A stretch of 63,350 bases of DNA from Proteobacteria bacterium UBA6900 (GCA_002451215.1 DKBM01000006.1:3495-66844), one strand, 5' to 3'. Counted from the stretch's first letter, positions 1 through 8,776 are shown. The notes: generated by a model from the sequence alone, not told the origin. Translations and numbers: made by a program.

Positions 1-1
1 T

Positions 2-1015
2 CATAATCGCGAGTTTCTCAAGGCGTATCTGGCGGACCCGGGAGCCGAGCGGCGTCGCTTGGCAATCATCTACAAGACAGTCGAACCAAACCCGTGGGGA
101 CCGGTTACCTTCTTCCTCGAGGAATTTGTGGTGCGCGAGCTCTACCCAGTAGGTGGCAAGGTGGGCGGCGGGCTTACGGGCTTTCAGCAGAAGAATCGTG
201 CAAAGAGCGTGTATCGCGGAATTGAAGTGCTTCTTGAGACCAAGAGCGACATCGCTCCAGATTGCCCGGTGTTCTGTCCGGTGCTGCTCGACCGAAGAAC
301 GCGTCTTAGCCAATATGCCGAGATGCTCGGTCATCAACCTTCGCATGCCGATCAGGCGTCGCCAGTGATTGAGGTGGTCAATCTTATTGCCACCATTCCA
401 CTCGCGCGCCGGGAGACCGAGGCGGTATTGAAATTGCGCGAGCGGTTGGCACGGGGCATTGTGCATAAGGACCAGCGTCGCGAGAAGCGATTCGGCGTGC
501 TGGAGGGCCCCGATCACTGGATGGCACAGGGTTCGGCGGACGACGCCTTCGCGGATCTTGACCGCGACCAGCGTCTCGATCGCGATCTGACGCTTTCGGC
601 CGAGGATCTGGCCAGGCTGCATGAGAATGAGCGGCTCGACAAGGTTGAACGGTGGCTGGTCAACCCGGTGAAGCCCGTGGATGCTGGCACGTTGCGGCGC
701 TTTGCGCAATTCAAGGACCTTGATGAATCTGTTCTCGTCGGGCTTGCGGCGCGCACCTTTCTGTACGCGGCACCGGCCGGGGCGCGGCTTCTTGATCGGG
801 GACTCAGCGACGCCTGGAACATGTTTCTGCTGGAAGGTACGGTAATGCTCACACCGGAGGACGGCACCGGCCTTCTGCTGGAAGGCAACACCGAGAAGGC
901 GGCCTATCCGGTGTCATTCCTCAAGCCACGCAAGTACAACGTTGACGCGCAGACCAGCGTGAGCTTCATCTGGATCCACGACCTGCAGATCTATGCCGCC
1001 ACCGGAGGCGGATGA
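2..1015 (+). CDS. Unknown two-domain protein with C-terminal cyclic-nucleotide-binding-like (CAP_ED-like) domain; 5' end lies outside the window
   Basis: ORF track 59..1015, but the frame is open back to base 2 (HNREFLKAYLADPGAERRRLAIIY). That extension aligns with LRLLVDYLRDPQAEVEGAPYRIAVL of the paralog at 5049..6215. C-terminus LRRFAQFKDLDESVL..FLLEGTVML..LKPRKYNVDAQTSVSFIWI looks like a CAP effector-type beta-roll. Confidence 0.6.
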   Translation, partial: HNREFLKAYLADPGAERRRLAIIYKTVEPNPWGPVTFFLEEFVVRELYPVGGKVGGGLTGFQQKNRAKSVYRGIEVLLETKSDIAPDCPVFCPVLLDRRTRLSQYAEMLGHQPSHADQASPVIEVVNLIATIPLARRETEAVLKLRERLARGIVHKDQRREKRFGVLEGPDHWMAQGSADDAFADLDRDQRLDRDLTLSAEDLARLHENERLDKVERWLVNPVKPVDAGTLRRFAQFKDLDESVLVGLAARTFLYAAPAGARLLDRGLSDAWNMFLLEGTVMLTPEDGTGLLLEGNTEKAAYPVSFLKPRKYNVDAQTSVSFIWIHDLQIYAATGGG

Positions 1016-1043
1016 TAGATCGATCTTCTCCGGGGAGAGTCAT

Positions 1044-1721
1044 ATGACATCGCAACGCACTGCCAGTACGCTGTTTGTCATTGGTATCGGCCTCATGGCC
1101 ACGATCGTCGTTCTGGGCAAGTACCATCTCGCGCCGATTCTCGATTTGCTCGGCGTGCGTGCCTACGAGGCCAAGTTTGGCGATCCCGGCATGCTCAAGT
1201 TCCTATTGTTCGCGGTCGGCTTCCCGCTGGGTGCGGGACTCACCATGCTGGGGGGCTATTCCCTGAGCGGCGCGCAGCGCTCGCGCACGGCGTTACTTGT
1301 GGTGCTGACGCTTGTCGCGGCGATAGCGGCGGTTCTTGTGCAGGGTATTTTCGGGACAAAACACAGCCCAGCCTATTTCGGGGTTGGTGGCATTACCATC
1401 GGCGCTCTGGTGACGGTCACATTCTGGTACTGGGGTCACTATCGGCGTGCGCTGCCGGAGACGCTGCGCGCGTCGGCTGACTTGCAGGCATGCGGTTACC
1501 TCTGGTTCGCGGTAGCGGCGTGGAACACCTGCGGGTTTGGCGGCATGCCGAGCTACGCGATTTATCCGCAAAAACTTCTGGCGCACGACTCATTGTGGTT
1601 TGCCGTGGCGCAACTCAAGTCGGTAATGGCCTGTTTCGTGCTCGGGTGGATATTCACGGCACTTGGCATGTGGCGCGCCGCCAGGGCGCGCGCCGGTATC
1701 CGCTCAGAGATCGAACTCTAG
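1044..1721 (+). CDS. Integral membrane protein, about 6 TM helices, family not recognised
   Basis: ORF track 993..1721. The in-frame ATG at 1044 is preceded by GGGGAGAG (1032-1039). Repeated hydrophobic helices (LFVIGIGLMATIVVLG, LLVVLTLVAAIAAVLV, GGITIGALVTVTFWYW, VMACFVLGWIFTALGMW). Confidence 0.6.
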   Translation: MTSQRTASTLFVIGIGLMATIVVLGKYHLAPILDLLGVRAYEAKFGDPGMLKFLLFAVGFPLGAGLTMLGGYSLSGAQRSRTALLVVLTLVAAIAAVLVQGIFGTKHSPAYFGVGGITIGALVTVTFWYWGHYRRALPETLRASADLQACGYLWFAVAAWNTCGFGGMPSYAIYPQKLLAHDSLWFAVAQLKSVMACFVLGWIFTALGMWRAARARAGIRSEIEL

Positions 1722-2234
1722 TATCTCGCCATTCGCGAACGACAGTCTGCGAAGTTCCGGATCCGCCAGACCGCGTGCGTGCGCTGCAAATACCCGCAGC
1801 GTTTCTTCGTGCGCGACGACCAGGACGTGGCGCAGCGACTGTGCGCGAAGCCAATCAAGGAAATGCATCACCCGCCGCTTGTGGTCGAGAAGCGATTCAC
1901 CGCCGTTCACGCGGGCGTGTAACGGGTCGTGGGCGGTGGCGGCAAAGTAGTCGCTCACGGGCCGGTTGTTGAAGCCCGAACGGATGTCGTTCAAGCCAGC
2001 GTGAACCGTGATCGGCAAACCATGGTAGCGATTGACGGCAGCGGCCGTCTGCTGTGTCCGTGGAAGCGCCGAGACAAAGATGCGCTCAAGTGTCGCTGCG
2101 CGTAGTCGCTCGGCGGCCGTTTCGGCTTGCTGCACGCCACGTTCGGTCAAAAAGGCTGGATCGCCGGGGTCATCATTGCAGAGTCCGGCAACGTTGTAGG
2201 TCGTCTCGCCGTGGCGCAAGCAGTAGAGATGCAT
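1704..2234 (-). CDS. Histidine phosphatase (phosphoglycerate-mutase-like) family protein
   Basis: N-terminal LRHGET motif (MHLYCLRHGETTYN) and a second catalytic His in VVAHEETLRV; 176 aa. Confidence 0.8.
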   Translation of the reverse strand: MHLYCLRHGETTYNVAGLCNDDPGDPAFLTERGVQQAETAAERLRAATLERIFVSALPRTQQTAAAVNRYHGLPITVHAGLNDIRSGFNNRPVSDYFAATAHDPLHARVNGGESLLDHKRRVMHFLDWLRAQSLRHVLVVAHEETLRVFAAHARGLADPELRRLSFANGEILEFDL

Positions 2235-2285
2235 GGGAGCCCAGTATAGAGCGACGCAAGTGCCACCCAGGCGGCACCGAGTTGG

Positions 2286-2558
2286 CTAATGACCCTCCTG
2301 TTCGCCAACCGGCTCAGCGTCGTGGGTCTGCGGGTGCGCGGTCCTGAGACAGCCGCCTTCATCATCCCAGAACAGCGGTTTCTCGGTCTGCAGCAGCTTC
2401 AGTAGCGTCTGAAAATCATCCGGGCCAAGATTGGTGAGCCAGTAGATCTCGGATAAATGAGCTGCGCCGCGCAGGACAATCTTGCCAACGCCGCACACGT
2501 CGGCATTCCCCGAGGGCTGCCACTCCGCGTAGTAATTGCCAATACGTACAATCGCCAT
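2286..2558 (-). CDS. Small hypothetical protein (90 aa)
   Basis: ORF with a strong SD (AAGGAGG, reverse complement of 2562-2570) just upstream of the ATG. Same strand as, and 51 nt upstream of, the histidine phosphatase gene. No family recognised. Confidence 0.5.
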   Translation of the reverse strand: MAIVRIGNYYAEWQPSGNADVCGVGKIVLRGAAHLSEIYWLTNLGPDDFQTLLKLLQTEKPLFWDDEGGCLRTAHPQTHDAEPVGEQEGH

Positions 2559-2722
2559 GGCCCCTCCTTTTCATGCTTGCGGTTGCGGGGTTGTCCGACC
2601 GCTGGATGCTGCTAGAGAAACAGGAGTTGCGGAGACGTGCTTTGACAAAGATCAACCATTCGTTGCTTGCCGCGACAACCTTGGTAGATTAGCCACTTTC
2701 CGGAGCACAAAAGGAGGCTCAA

Positions 2723-3517
2723 ATGAGGCGGCTGGCGTTGGCATTCGGATTGGTGGCGTTATTCGCGACGCCGGCCTGGGCGGCTGTGAAGGGTGAGGAA
2801 GTCCAGTACCGCGATGGTAACGTCGTGATGAAGGGCTATCTCGCCTATGACGATGCCGTCAAGGGCAAGCGTCCCGGTGTCATCGTGGTGCATGAGTGGT
2901 GGGGGCACAACGAATACACGCGCAAGCGGGCACGCATGCTGGCCGAACTCGGGTACACGGCGCTGGCTGTAGACATGTACGGCGAAGGCAAGACCGCCGA
3001 TCACCCCGATACCGCCGGCAAGTTCTCAGGGGAGGTGCGCAAGAACATGGCGCTCATGACCGCGCGCTTCAACGCCGCGCGCCAGGTATTGATCAAGCAC
3101 AAGACGGTGGATGCCAAGCGCGTCGCGGCGATTGGCTACTGTTTTGGGGGTTCAGTGGTGCTCGAGATGGCGCGCCAAGGCGCGGATCTGGCCGGGGTGG
3201 TAAGCTTTCATGGCAACCTGCAAACTGAACATCCCGCCAAACCGGGCAAGGTCAAGGCGCAGCTGCTGGTGCTCAATGGTGGAGACGACCCGTTTGTGTC
3301 GGCCGAGTCGATTGCCGCATTCAAGAAGGAGATGGAGGCGGCCCGGGCCAACTATCGCTTCGTGAGCTATCCAGGTGCCAAGCACGCCTTCACCAATCCC
3401 GATGCCGATGGGTATGGGAAGAAGTTTAATCTGCCGCTTGCTTACAATGCTGTCGCCGACAAGGAATCCTGGGATCAGATGAAGGTCTTCCTCGCTGGCG
3501 CCTTCCAGAAGAAGTGA
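2723..3517 (+). CDS. Secreted dienelactone hydrolase family protein
   Basis: Signal peptide MRRLALAFGLVALFATPAWA; VIVVHEWWG..; nucleophile elbow GYCFGG; late H in AKHAF; SD AAGGAGG upstream. Confidence 0.85.
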   Translation: MRRLALAFGLVALFATPAWAAVKGEEVQYRDGNVVMKGYLAYDDAVKGKRPGVIVVHEWWGHNEYTRKRARMLAELGYTALAVDMYGEGKTADHPDTAGKFSGEVRKNMALMTARFNAARQVLIKHKTVDAKRVAAIGYCFGGSVVLEMARQGADLAGVVSFHGNLQTEHPAKPGKVKAQLLVLNGGDDPFVSAESIAAFKKEMEAARANYRFVSYPGAKHAFTNPDADGYGKKFNLPLAYNAVADKESWDQMKVFLAGAFQKK

Positions 3518-3537
3518 GTGAGCCGGGTTAATGATCG

Positions 3538-3569
3538 TGACACGGGGCGGCTGTGCACCGTGTCATTTT
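3538..3569 (+). terminator. Hairpin plus T4 after the dienelactone hydrolase gene
   Basis: tgacacgg (3538-3545) pairs with ccgtgtca (3558-3565), 12-nt loop, then tttt (3566-3569). Overlaps the 3' end of the convergent gene. Confidence 0.4.
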
Positions 3570-4228
3570 CCCGCCAGGTAACGTCGGTCGTCGAAGCTTG
3601 TGACCCACTCCGGTCGATAGACGATCAACAGTGTCATCAGCAGGCCGGTGATGAAGGCCTCCGGAAACATGAACAGGGGGATCAGCTGGAGGTAGTCACG
3701 ATACAATTGCTCTGACGCGTAAGCACCACCGATCCACAGCAGTCCGCTACCCGTGACGATGACCGTGAGCATGGCAAGCCCGGCACCGAAGAAGGCGCAG
3801 GCGAAAATATAGACAAAGAAGTTCGCGGGTAGGTGGGTTTCGGCCAATCGCCAGATGAAATGACTGACCGCGATCGGAACCAGTCCCATGGTAAGCAGGT
3901 TCATCGGGAAGGTTTGCCAGTCGCTGGTGCCGTTGAGTACATGAGCCGTCAGCACCAGCACCAGCGCGAGCAGCGCAAGCCGCCAGCCAAACATGAGCGT
4001 GACAAGAGTCGCGCCAAGGAAGTGGTACTCAAGCCCGGGAACACGCCAGGCCCGAATGGACCACAACAGCATCAGCGCCACGCAGGTGCCAAGGAAAACG
4101 TGCAGGCGCCCGGCCCCCCGCAGTGACGACCACGGTGCACCGCGCAGTGCCAGGGCGGTGACAACCATCAAGACAAGTAGCGCAGCCCAGTGCCACGCGG
4201 CGGGTAACAGTCCATAGGGGAAGTTCAC
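3563..4228 (-). CDS. Polytopic membrane protein (possibly CbiM/ECF-permease-like; uncertain)
   Basis: 221 aa with 6-7 hydrophobic helices, 11 nt downstream of the thioredoxin/HEAT gene on the same strand. The family call is a weak recollection only. Confidence 0.6.
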   Translation of the reverse strand: MNFPYGLLPAAWHWAALLVLMVVTALALRGAPWSSLRGAGRLHVFLGTCVALMLLWSIRAWRVPGLEYHFLGATLVTLMFGWRLALLALVLVLTAHVLNGTSDWQTFPMNLLTMGLVPIAVSHFIWRLAETHLPANFFVYIFACAFFGAGLAMLTVIVTGSGLLWIGGAYASEQLYRDYLQLIPLFMFPEAFITGLLMTLLIVYRPEWVTSFDDRRYLAGK

Positions 4229-4239
4229 GCAAGCAGCCG

Positions 4240-4899
4240 CTAGTCAGCGTCACCCACCGCACGCAGCTCGTCGATAGAATCCTGAGCCAGCTCGCGCACG
4301 GGGGCAGCCGCATCCTGTAGCAGCGCGCGTAGTGGCGCCTCGGCGCGCGGATCGCGCGTGAGCGAAAGAAAATGTGCCGCGTCTCCGCGGATATGTGCAT
4401 CTGGGTGCCGGCTCAATTCACTGAGCTTTCCCATCTGGGCTCGCAGTTTATCGGTGCCGGCAAACTCCTCGATGACAGCAGCAATGCCGATCCGGACGGT
4501 TAGCTCCACATCGGCTCGTTCGAGAATCCCGAGGAGTGACGCCAGACGTTCAGGTGCCTCATCGCAAAAGGCGATGGCGTCCTGCAACTTTCCGGTCTTT
4601 AGCAGTTCGACCAGATAGTCACTCAGCCCGTCCGGGCTAGCTGCACGTTGTGCCCATTGCCTCAGTTCAGCTGGAGAATGCAGTCCTTCGAGTACGAATG
4701 GGCCCAGCCGCAACCATGGCACCGAGCGCACCCCAAGTGCTTGCGCGACCTCGGGCCGGACTGTGACATTGATGACTTCAAGTTTGCCGATGGCACCGCT
4801 TTTTACCAGCTCGCTTGCGCCCGCCAAAACCGTTGGGCAGTGGGCACAACCAGTGGCGACCGCGAGAAGGGCGTCAGGTGGAGGGTGAACGGCAGGCAT
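4240..4899 (-). CDS. Thioredoxin-fold (CxxC) protein fused to HEAT-like repeats
   Basis: CAHC motif in ATGCAHCPTVL followed by VRSVPWL (cis-Pro-type region). C-terminal helical repeats (HPDAHIRGDAAHFL..DPRAEAPLRALLQDAAAPVRELA). Confidence 0.65.
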   Translation of the reverse strand: MPAVHPPPDALLAVATGCAHCPTVLAGASELVKSGAIGKLEVINVTVRPEVAQALGVRSVPWLRLGPFVLEGLHSPAELRQWAQRAASPDGLSDYLVELLKTGKLQDAIAFCDEAPERLASLLGILERADVELTVRIGIAAVIEEFAGTDKLRAQMGKLSELSRHPDAHIRGDAAHFLSLTRDPRAEAPLRALLQDAAAPVRELAQDSIDELRAVGDAD

Positions 4900-5048
4900 A
4901 TCGTTGGCCCAGGGCTAGTTTCGGTAGCTTAACGCAGCGGCGCATCGGGGGCGACGGTCGAACCATGGTTGGCCGCGTCGAGGCGCAGGCATACAATAAT
5001 TCCGCGTGCCGGTGCGTGTGGTCGCGTCTCAAGGGTATGGGAGAGCAC

Positions 5049-6215
5049 ATGGGGGAAATGGAAGCCGTATCACCTTTGCGCGGGCTTTATCAGCTTACGC
5101 CACAGGGAGCGCTCGCGTTTTATAACCGTGTCGGCGAGCAGGTCATTGACCAGGAGCTCACGGCGCTGTTTCAGCCGTATGCATTGCGGCTGCTCGTCGA
5201 CTATCTGCGCGATCCGCAGGCAGAGGTCGAGGGCGCGCCGTATCGCATCGCCGTATTGGGCAATCTTCCGGACCGGCGTTGGCGGAGCATGACGCTGATT
5301 GTGGAAACGCCGGTGCTGCTGCGTCTCTACCGTGTACAGCAGGCGCGACGTGACGAGATCACTCTTTTCCAGCGCCAAAACCGCCAGCAGAGTGCCTATC
5401 GCGGCATGCAGATGTTGCTTGAGTATAAGCAGGACACGCTACCGGGCGTGCCGATCTATTGCCCGGTCCTGTTCGACCGTCGTACCACGCTCGCGCAGTA
5501 TCCCGATCTGCTCGATCACGATCCGCCGGCGAAGCCACAAGACGTTCCCGTATTCGAGGTCGTAAACCTGTTGTTGGCGTTGCCGAGCAGCATGCGTATG
5601 CAGGCACCGGTGTGGGCGCTCATGCGGCGCATCTATCAGGGTGTGGTTGAACGCGAACTGCGCGGCACCGACAAACGTGATCTGTCTGCGCTGCTCGAGG
5701 CTCATGTGGCCGAGTTCGCGGGCGGAGAGCCGCGCCGGACTGAGGGACCATTCGCATCGTTGGGCGCACGTGCGGCGGGTGCCACCACCGCCAACGGAAC
5801 GTTTCCGGGCGCCGATGGCATTGTCACGCGGGTAACGCAGGCAATCGAGCCAGCCGCATTGCGCCGGTTCCAGCGACTGGGTTCGCTTAGCCTGCATGAG
5901 CTTGGTCAGCTGGCTGCCGATGCGCAGGTGTATTTCGCCCCCGCGGGCGTCGAGTTGCTGAAACGCGACTCAGTCGATGACGGTACGCTTTACTTGTTAC
6001 GTGGCACGGTCTCATTGAAGGCAGCAGATGGTAGCGTGGAGCGTATAGAGGGAGGCAGCGACAAGGCACGCTCGCCGATCGCGTCACTCAAACCGCGCAA
6101 GTACGATGTGTGGACGCAGACGCCGGTGCATTTTCTGTGGGTGCCGGACGTAGTCTTTGCCGCGCTTGCCCCCCAGCCGGCGACGTTCGGCGTAGAGACC
6201 CGTCCGCGCGGCTGA
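5049..6215 (+). CDS. Paralog of the 2..1015 protein: unknown N-terminal domain plus cNMP-binding-like C-terminal domain
   Basis: ORF track 4815..6215, but its first ~80 codons overlap the divergent gene 4240..4899. In-frame ATGs occur at 5037, 5049 and 5058, with GGGAGAG before 5049. Shared blocks with the paralog: YRG..LLE.K.D..P..P..CPVL.DRRT.L.QY, PV.EVVNL, LRRF, LKPRKY.V..QT. Confidence 0.6.
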   Translation: MGEMEAVSPLRGLYQLTPQGALAFYNRVGEQVIDQELTALFQPYALRLLVDYLRDPQAEVEGAPYRIAVLGNLPDRRWRSMTLIVETPVLLRLYRVQQARRDEITLFQRQNRQQSAYRGMQMLLEYKQDTLPGVPIYCPVLFDRRTTLAQYPDLLDHDPPAKPQDVPVFEVVNLLLALPSSMRMQAPVWALMRRIYQGVVERELRGTDKRDLSALLEAHVAEFAGGEPRRTEGPFASLGARAAGATTANGTFPGADGIVTRVTQAIEPAALRRFQRLGSLSLHELGQLAADAQVYFAPAGVELLKRDSVDDGTLYLLRGTVSLKAADGSVERIEGGSDKARSPIASLKPRKYDVWTQTPVHFLWVPDVVFAALAPQPATFGVETRPRG

Positions 6216-6238
6216 TTGCGCGCGGCAAGCGCTGACCT

Positions 6239-7219
6239 TCAATCCGCCGTTGCGGCGCTGCGCGCCGGCGACCCTACCCAGAAGCCGACGTCCTTGTCGA
6301 GAAACTCATCGACGGACATGTAATGCGAGCCGTCGCACGAGAACGTCAGACCGACCATCCCGTTCATGATGTTAAGTGAGCCGGAACGCAGATAAAGTGT
6401 TTCGTCGGCAAAGCGCAGCATCTTGAACTGCTGCAGGACATCCATGATGTGCTCGGGCGCGGTCTTGGCCGCAGCCGGATAGTCCTGTATCGCATAGGCG
6501 AGGCAGATGTCGGGATCGATGATCTCCTCGACGCCGTGAATGTGGTAGTTGTAGGGGTCACCATACAGCCAGAACGAACAGCGACCGCTCGAGAAGTGAA
6601 TTTTGCTGTGAAACACGCCGTGCCGGCGCATCAGCGTATCAATCAGGTCGAGGGCTTCATCGATATGTTGATCGAGCAGGCTCGTCGATCGGGTTTGCAG
6701 GAACACCATCCCGCGGACCGATGGATCGCCTCGGAACTGCTGCCACTGGCGTAGCCGGGCAGGTAACTCAGGCGCACCGAGGCGGGGATCACGCAGCAGG
6801 TCGCGAACTGCGAAGTCGGCAGCGATGAAGCCCAGTAGTTGGTTCCCCCGGCTCACCGCCTGCAGTGCGGTAATGACGTCGTCATAGGTGTACTTGGAAA
6901 GGTATACCGAGGAGAGCATGACACCCTTGAACGGCAGGTGGTTCTTCAGGTAGGGACGTTGCGAGAGATCACGCCCTCGCCAGCTGGAATCAGGCCCGGC
7001 GGCGCGAATCATCGACGAGACCTCGATACCGTTGATGTCCCACGCATACAACAAGTGGCAGTCGGGCACGCTCGGCAGACCGGCCTCAAGAACGTGATCC
7101 AGCGCGTCGGCATCCGGCCAAACGCGTGCGGCGTTTTCCGCGAGCCGCGCGAGCGGCAGACCAACGGCGTCTGCCAACGCGGCCTTCTTGGCAAGAACAA
7201 CTTGCTGGATTGTGTTCAC
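6239..7219 (-). CDS. Cytoplasmic hypothetical protein, N-terminal PDC/Cache-like region (tentative)
   Basis: 326-aa ORF with no TM or signal peptide. LLYAWDINGIEVSS..RPYLKNHL..GVMLSSVYLSKYTYDDVITALQAV resembles a PDC sensor fold; the C-terminal half is unrecognised. Confidence 0.5.
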   Translation of the reverse strand: MNTIQQVVLAKKAALADAVGLPLARLAENAARVWPDADALDHVLEAGLPSVPDCHLLYAWDINGIEVSSMIRAAGPDSSWRGRDLSQRPYLKNHLPFKGVMLSSVYLSKYTYDDVITALQAVSRGNQLLGFIAADFAVRDLLRDPRLGAPELPARLRQWQQFRGDPSVRGMVFLQTRSTSLLDQHIDEALDLIDTLMRRHGVFHSKIHFSSGRCSFWLYGDPYNYHIHGVEEIIDPDICLAYAIQDYPAAAKTAPEHIMDVLQQFKMLRFADETLYLRSGSLNIMNGMVGLTFSCDGSHYMSVDEFLDKDVGFWVGSPARSAATAD

Positions 7220-7393
7220 GTCGAACCGCTTGTTGAGTGAGTTCTGCGAACCGGGTGGAAGGTTGCGCCAATACGCGTGATTATTCCATGGGTGGGCGCC
7301 TCTAGCGACACCGTGTTAACATGCGGGCGCGACAAACGCCGTCGCGTTTTGTTCCGAGCACATAGTCTTCCGTCACCTCCCGGATTGCGTTCT

Positions 7394-7792
7394 ATGGATA
7401 AAACCGATTTCAGCGATCGTTCCGAGCTGGCGCGATCGATCGTCGCGTTGCTCGATTCCTGGGGCGTCGACACCGAGGCGCAAATCGGCTTGCTCGCCCT
7501 GCCCACCGACACGCGAGCCGGCGCCATTCGTCAATATCGGCAGGGCAAGCCGCTGCCCGAGCTGGCAGCGATGGATGAGCGCATCGAGCATCTGCTTGGA
7601 ATCGCTGACGCCTTGCGCACCTCGTATCCGCATACTGCTCAGGGCGGAGCCATCTGGATGAATCGCGTAAACGCCCGATTCGGCGATCGCACCCCGCTGG
7701 AGGCGATGCTGCAGGATGGCATGGCCGGCATCTTTGCGGTGCGCACGCATCTCGACTGCGCTTACGACTGGTACGTCGACAGCCGCCGCTGA
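7394..7792 (+). CDS. DUF2384 (MbcA/ParS/Xre-type) antitoxin-like protein
   Basis: ORF track 7277..7792; ATG at 7394 (MDKTDFSD). C-terminal WMNRVNARFGDRTPLEAMLQDGMAGIFAVRTHLD matches the DUF2384 signature. Confidence 0.7.
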   Translation: MDKTDFSDRSELARSIVALLDSWGVDTEAQIGLLALPTDTRAGAIRQYRQGKPLPELAAMDERIEHLLGIADALRTSYPHTAQGGAIWMNRVNARFGDRTPLEAMLQDGMAGIFAVRTHLDCAYDWYVDSRR

Positions 7793-8089
7793 AGCGGCGC
7801 CTAGTGTGGTTTGAGTGCCCTTGCGCAGTGCTCGCGCCTATTTAGACTGAGCTGAAGATCCCCGCCAGCCTGCGTACACCGCGCCTTCGCGCCGGCTTCG
7901 AGCACGCCATGCGCGGCGGCCATCTGCCGGATCCGGAGTTTTTCCGGCTTTCGTTCCACATGGGCTTTCGTGCGGCCAAGCTATGTCGACCTGAAATCCG
8001 TCGCCGTCAAGGCATCCGTGAGTTTCCGCGGCGTGCGCGGATCCGTTTGCGCGCGATCCGCTAGCGCATGCCGCGAAAGTTCGCCACGT

Positions 8090-8776
8090 CTATTTCTTAT
8101 TCTTGACGGCCAATAGCTCGATCTCGAACTCCAGCGTCTCGTTCGGTCCAATGGCACGACCTGCGCCGCGCTCACCGTAGGCGAGGTTGGCAGGAACCCA
8201 GACCTGCCACTTGGCCCCTTCTTTCATTAGCGGTAGCACTTCTTGCCAGCCCTGAATGACGCCACCCACGGGGAACGTCGCGGTCTGGTTGCGCTTATAG
8301 GAGCTGTCGAATTCGGTGCCATTCAGAAGCGTGCCGCGGTAATGCACCTCCACGGTGTCGCTGGTCTTGGGTTGCTTGCCCTTGCCGTCTTTCAGTACCT
8401 TGTACTGCAGACCCGAGGGGAGCGTGATGACTCCCTCCTTCTTCTTGTTTTCAGCCAGAAAAGCCTGACCTGCTTCGAGGTTCTTCTTGGCGAGCACCTC
8501 GCGTTCGGCCGCCCGGCGCTGGTGCTGCGCTTGAACCGCTGCCTTGATTTCCTCATCAGTTAACTTGGCCGGAGCGCCGCTCAGCCCGTCCTGCACGCCC
8601 TGAACGAGTGCCTTGGAATCTATCTCGGCCCCTTGGTGCTTCATGCTCTGGCCGACCTGCAGGCCGACGGCATAGCTGAATCGTTCCTTATCGCTCTGGG
8701 GTTTGTTCGCGGCCATATTGCAGGCAGCAAAAAGCAGACAAGTGGCGGCAAGTCCGAGTTGAGTCACGATTCTCAT
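8090..8776 (-). CDS. FKBP-type peptidyl-prolyl cis-trans isomerase (Mip/FkpA-like, exported, possible lipoprotein)
   Basis: ORF track 8090..8848; ATG at 8776 gives MRIVTQLGLAATCLLFAAC (signal/lipobox-like). Has the N-terminal Mip dimerisation helix region. C-terminal FKBP core VEVHYRGTLLNGTEFDSSY..GVIQGWQE..LAYGERG. Confidence 0.9.
   Translation of the reverse strand: MRIVTQLGLAATCLLFAACNMAANKPQSDKERFSYAVGLQVGQSMKHQGAEIDSKALVQGVQDGLSGAPAKLTDEEIKAAVQAQHQRRAAEREVLAKKNLEAGQAFLAENKKKEGVITLPSGLQYKVLKDGKGKQPKTSDTVEVHYRGTLLNGTEFDSSYKRNQTATFPVGGVIQGWQEVLPLMKEGAKWQVWVPANLAYGERGAGRAIGPNETLEFEIELLAVKNKK

Noticed and set aside
7793-8089. Possible degraded RES toxin gene downstream of the DUF2384 gene; also the 64-aa ORF 7981..8175 (-).
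   Set aside because: Three-frame translation gave no recognisable R..E..S-type blocks, only Arg/Ala-rich strings. The 64-aa ORF overlaps the fkpA-like 3' end and is Arg-rich. It is reported as a question in the findings, not as a pseudogene feature.
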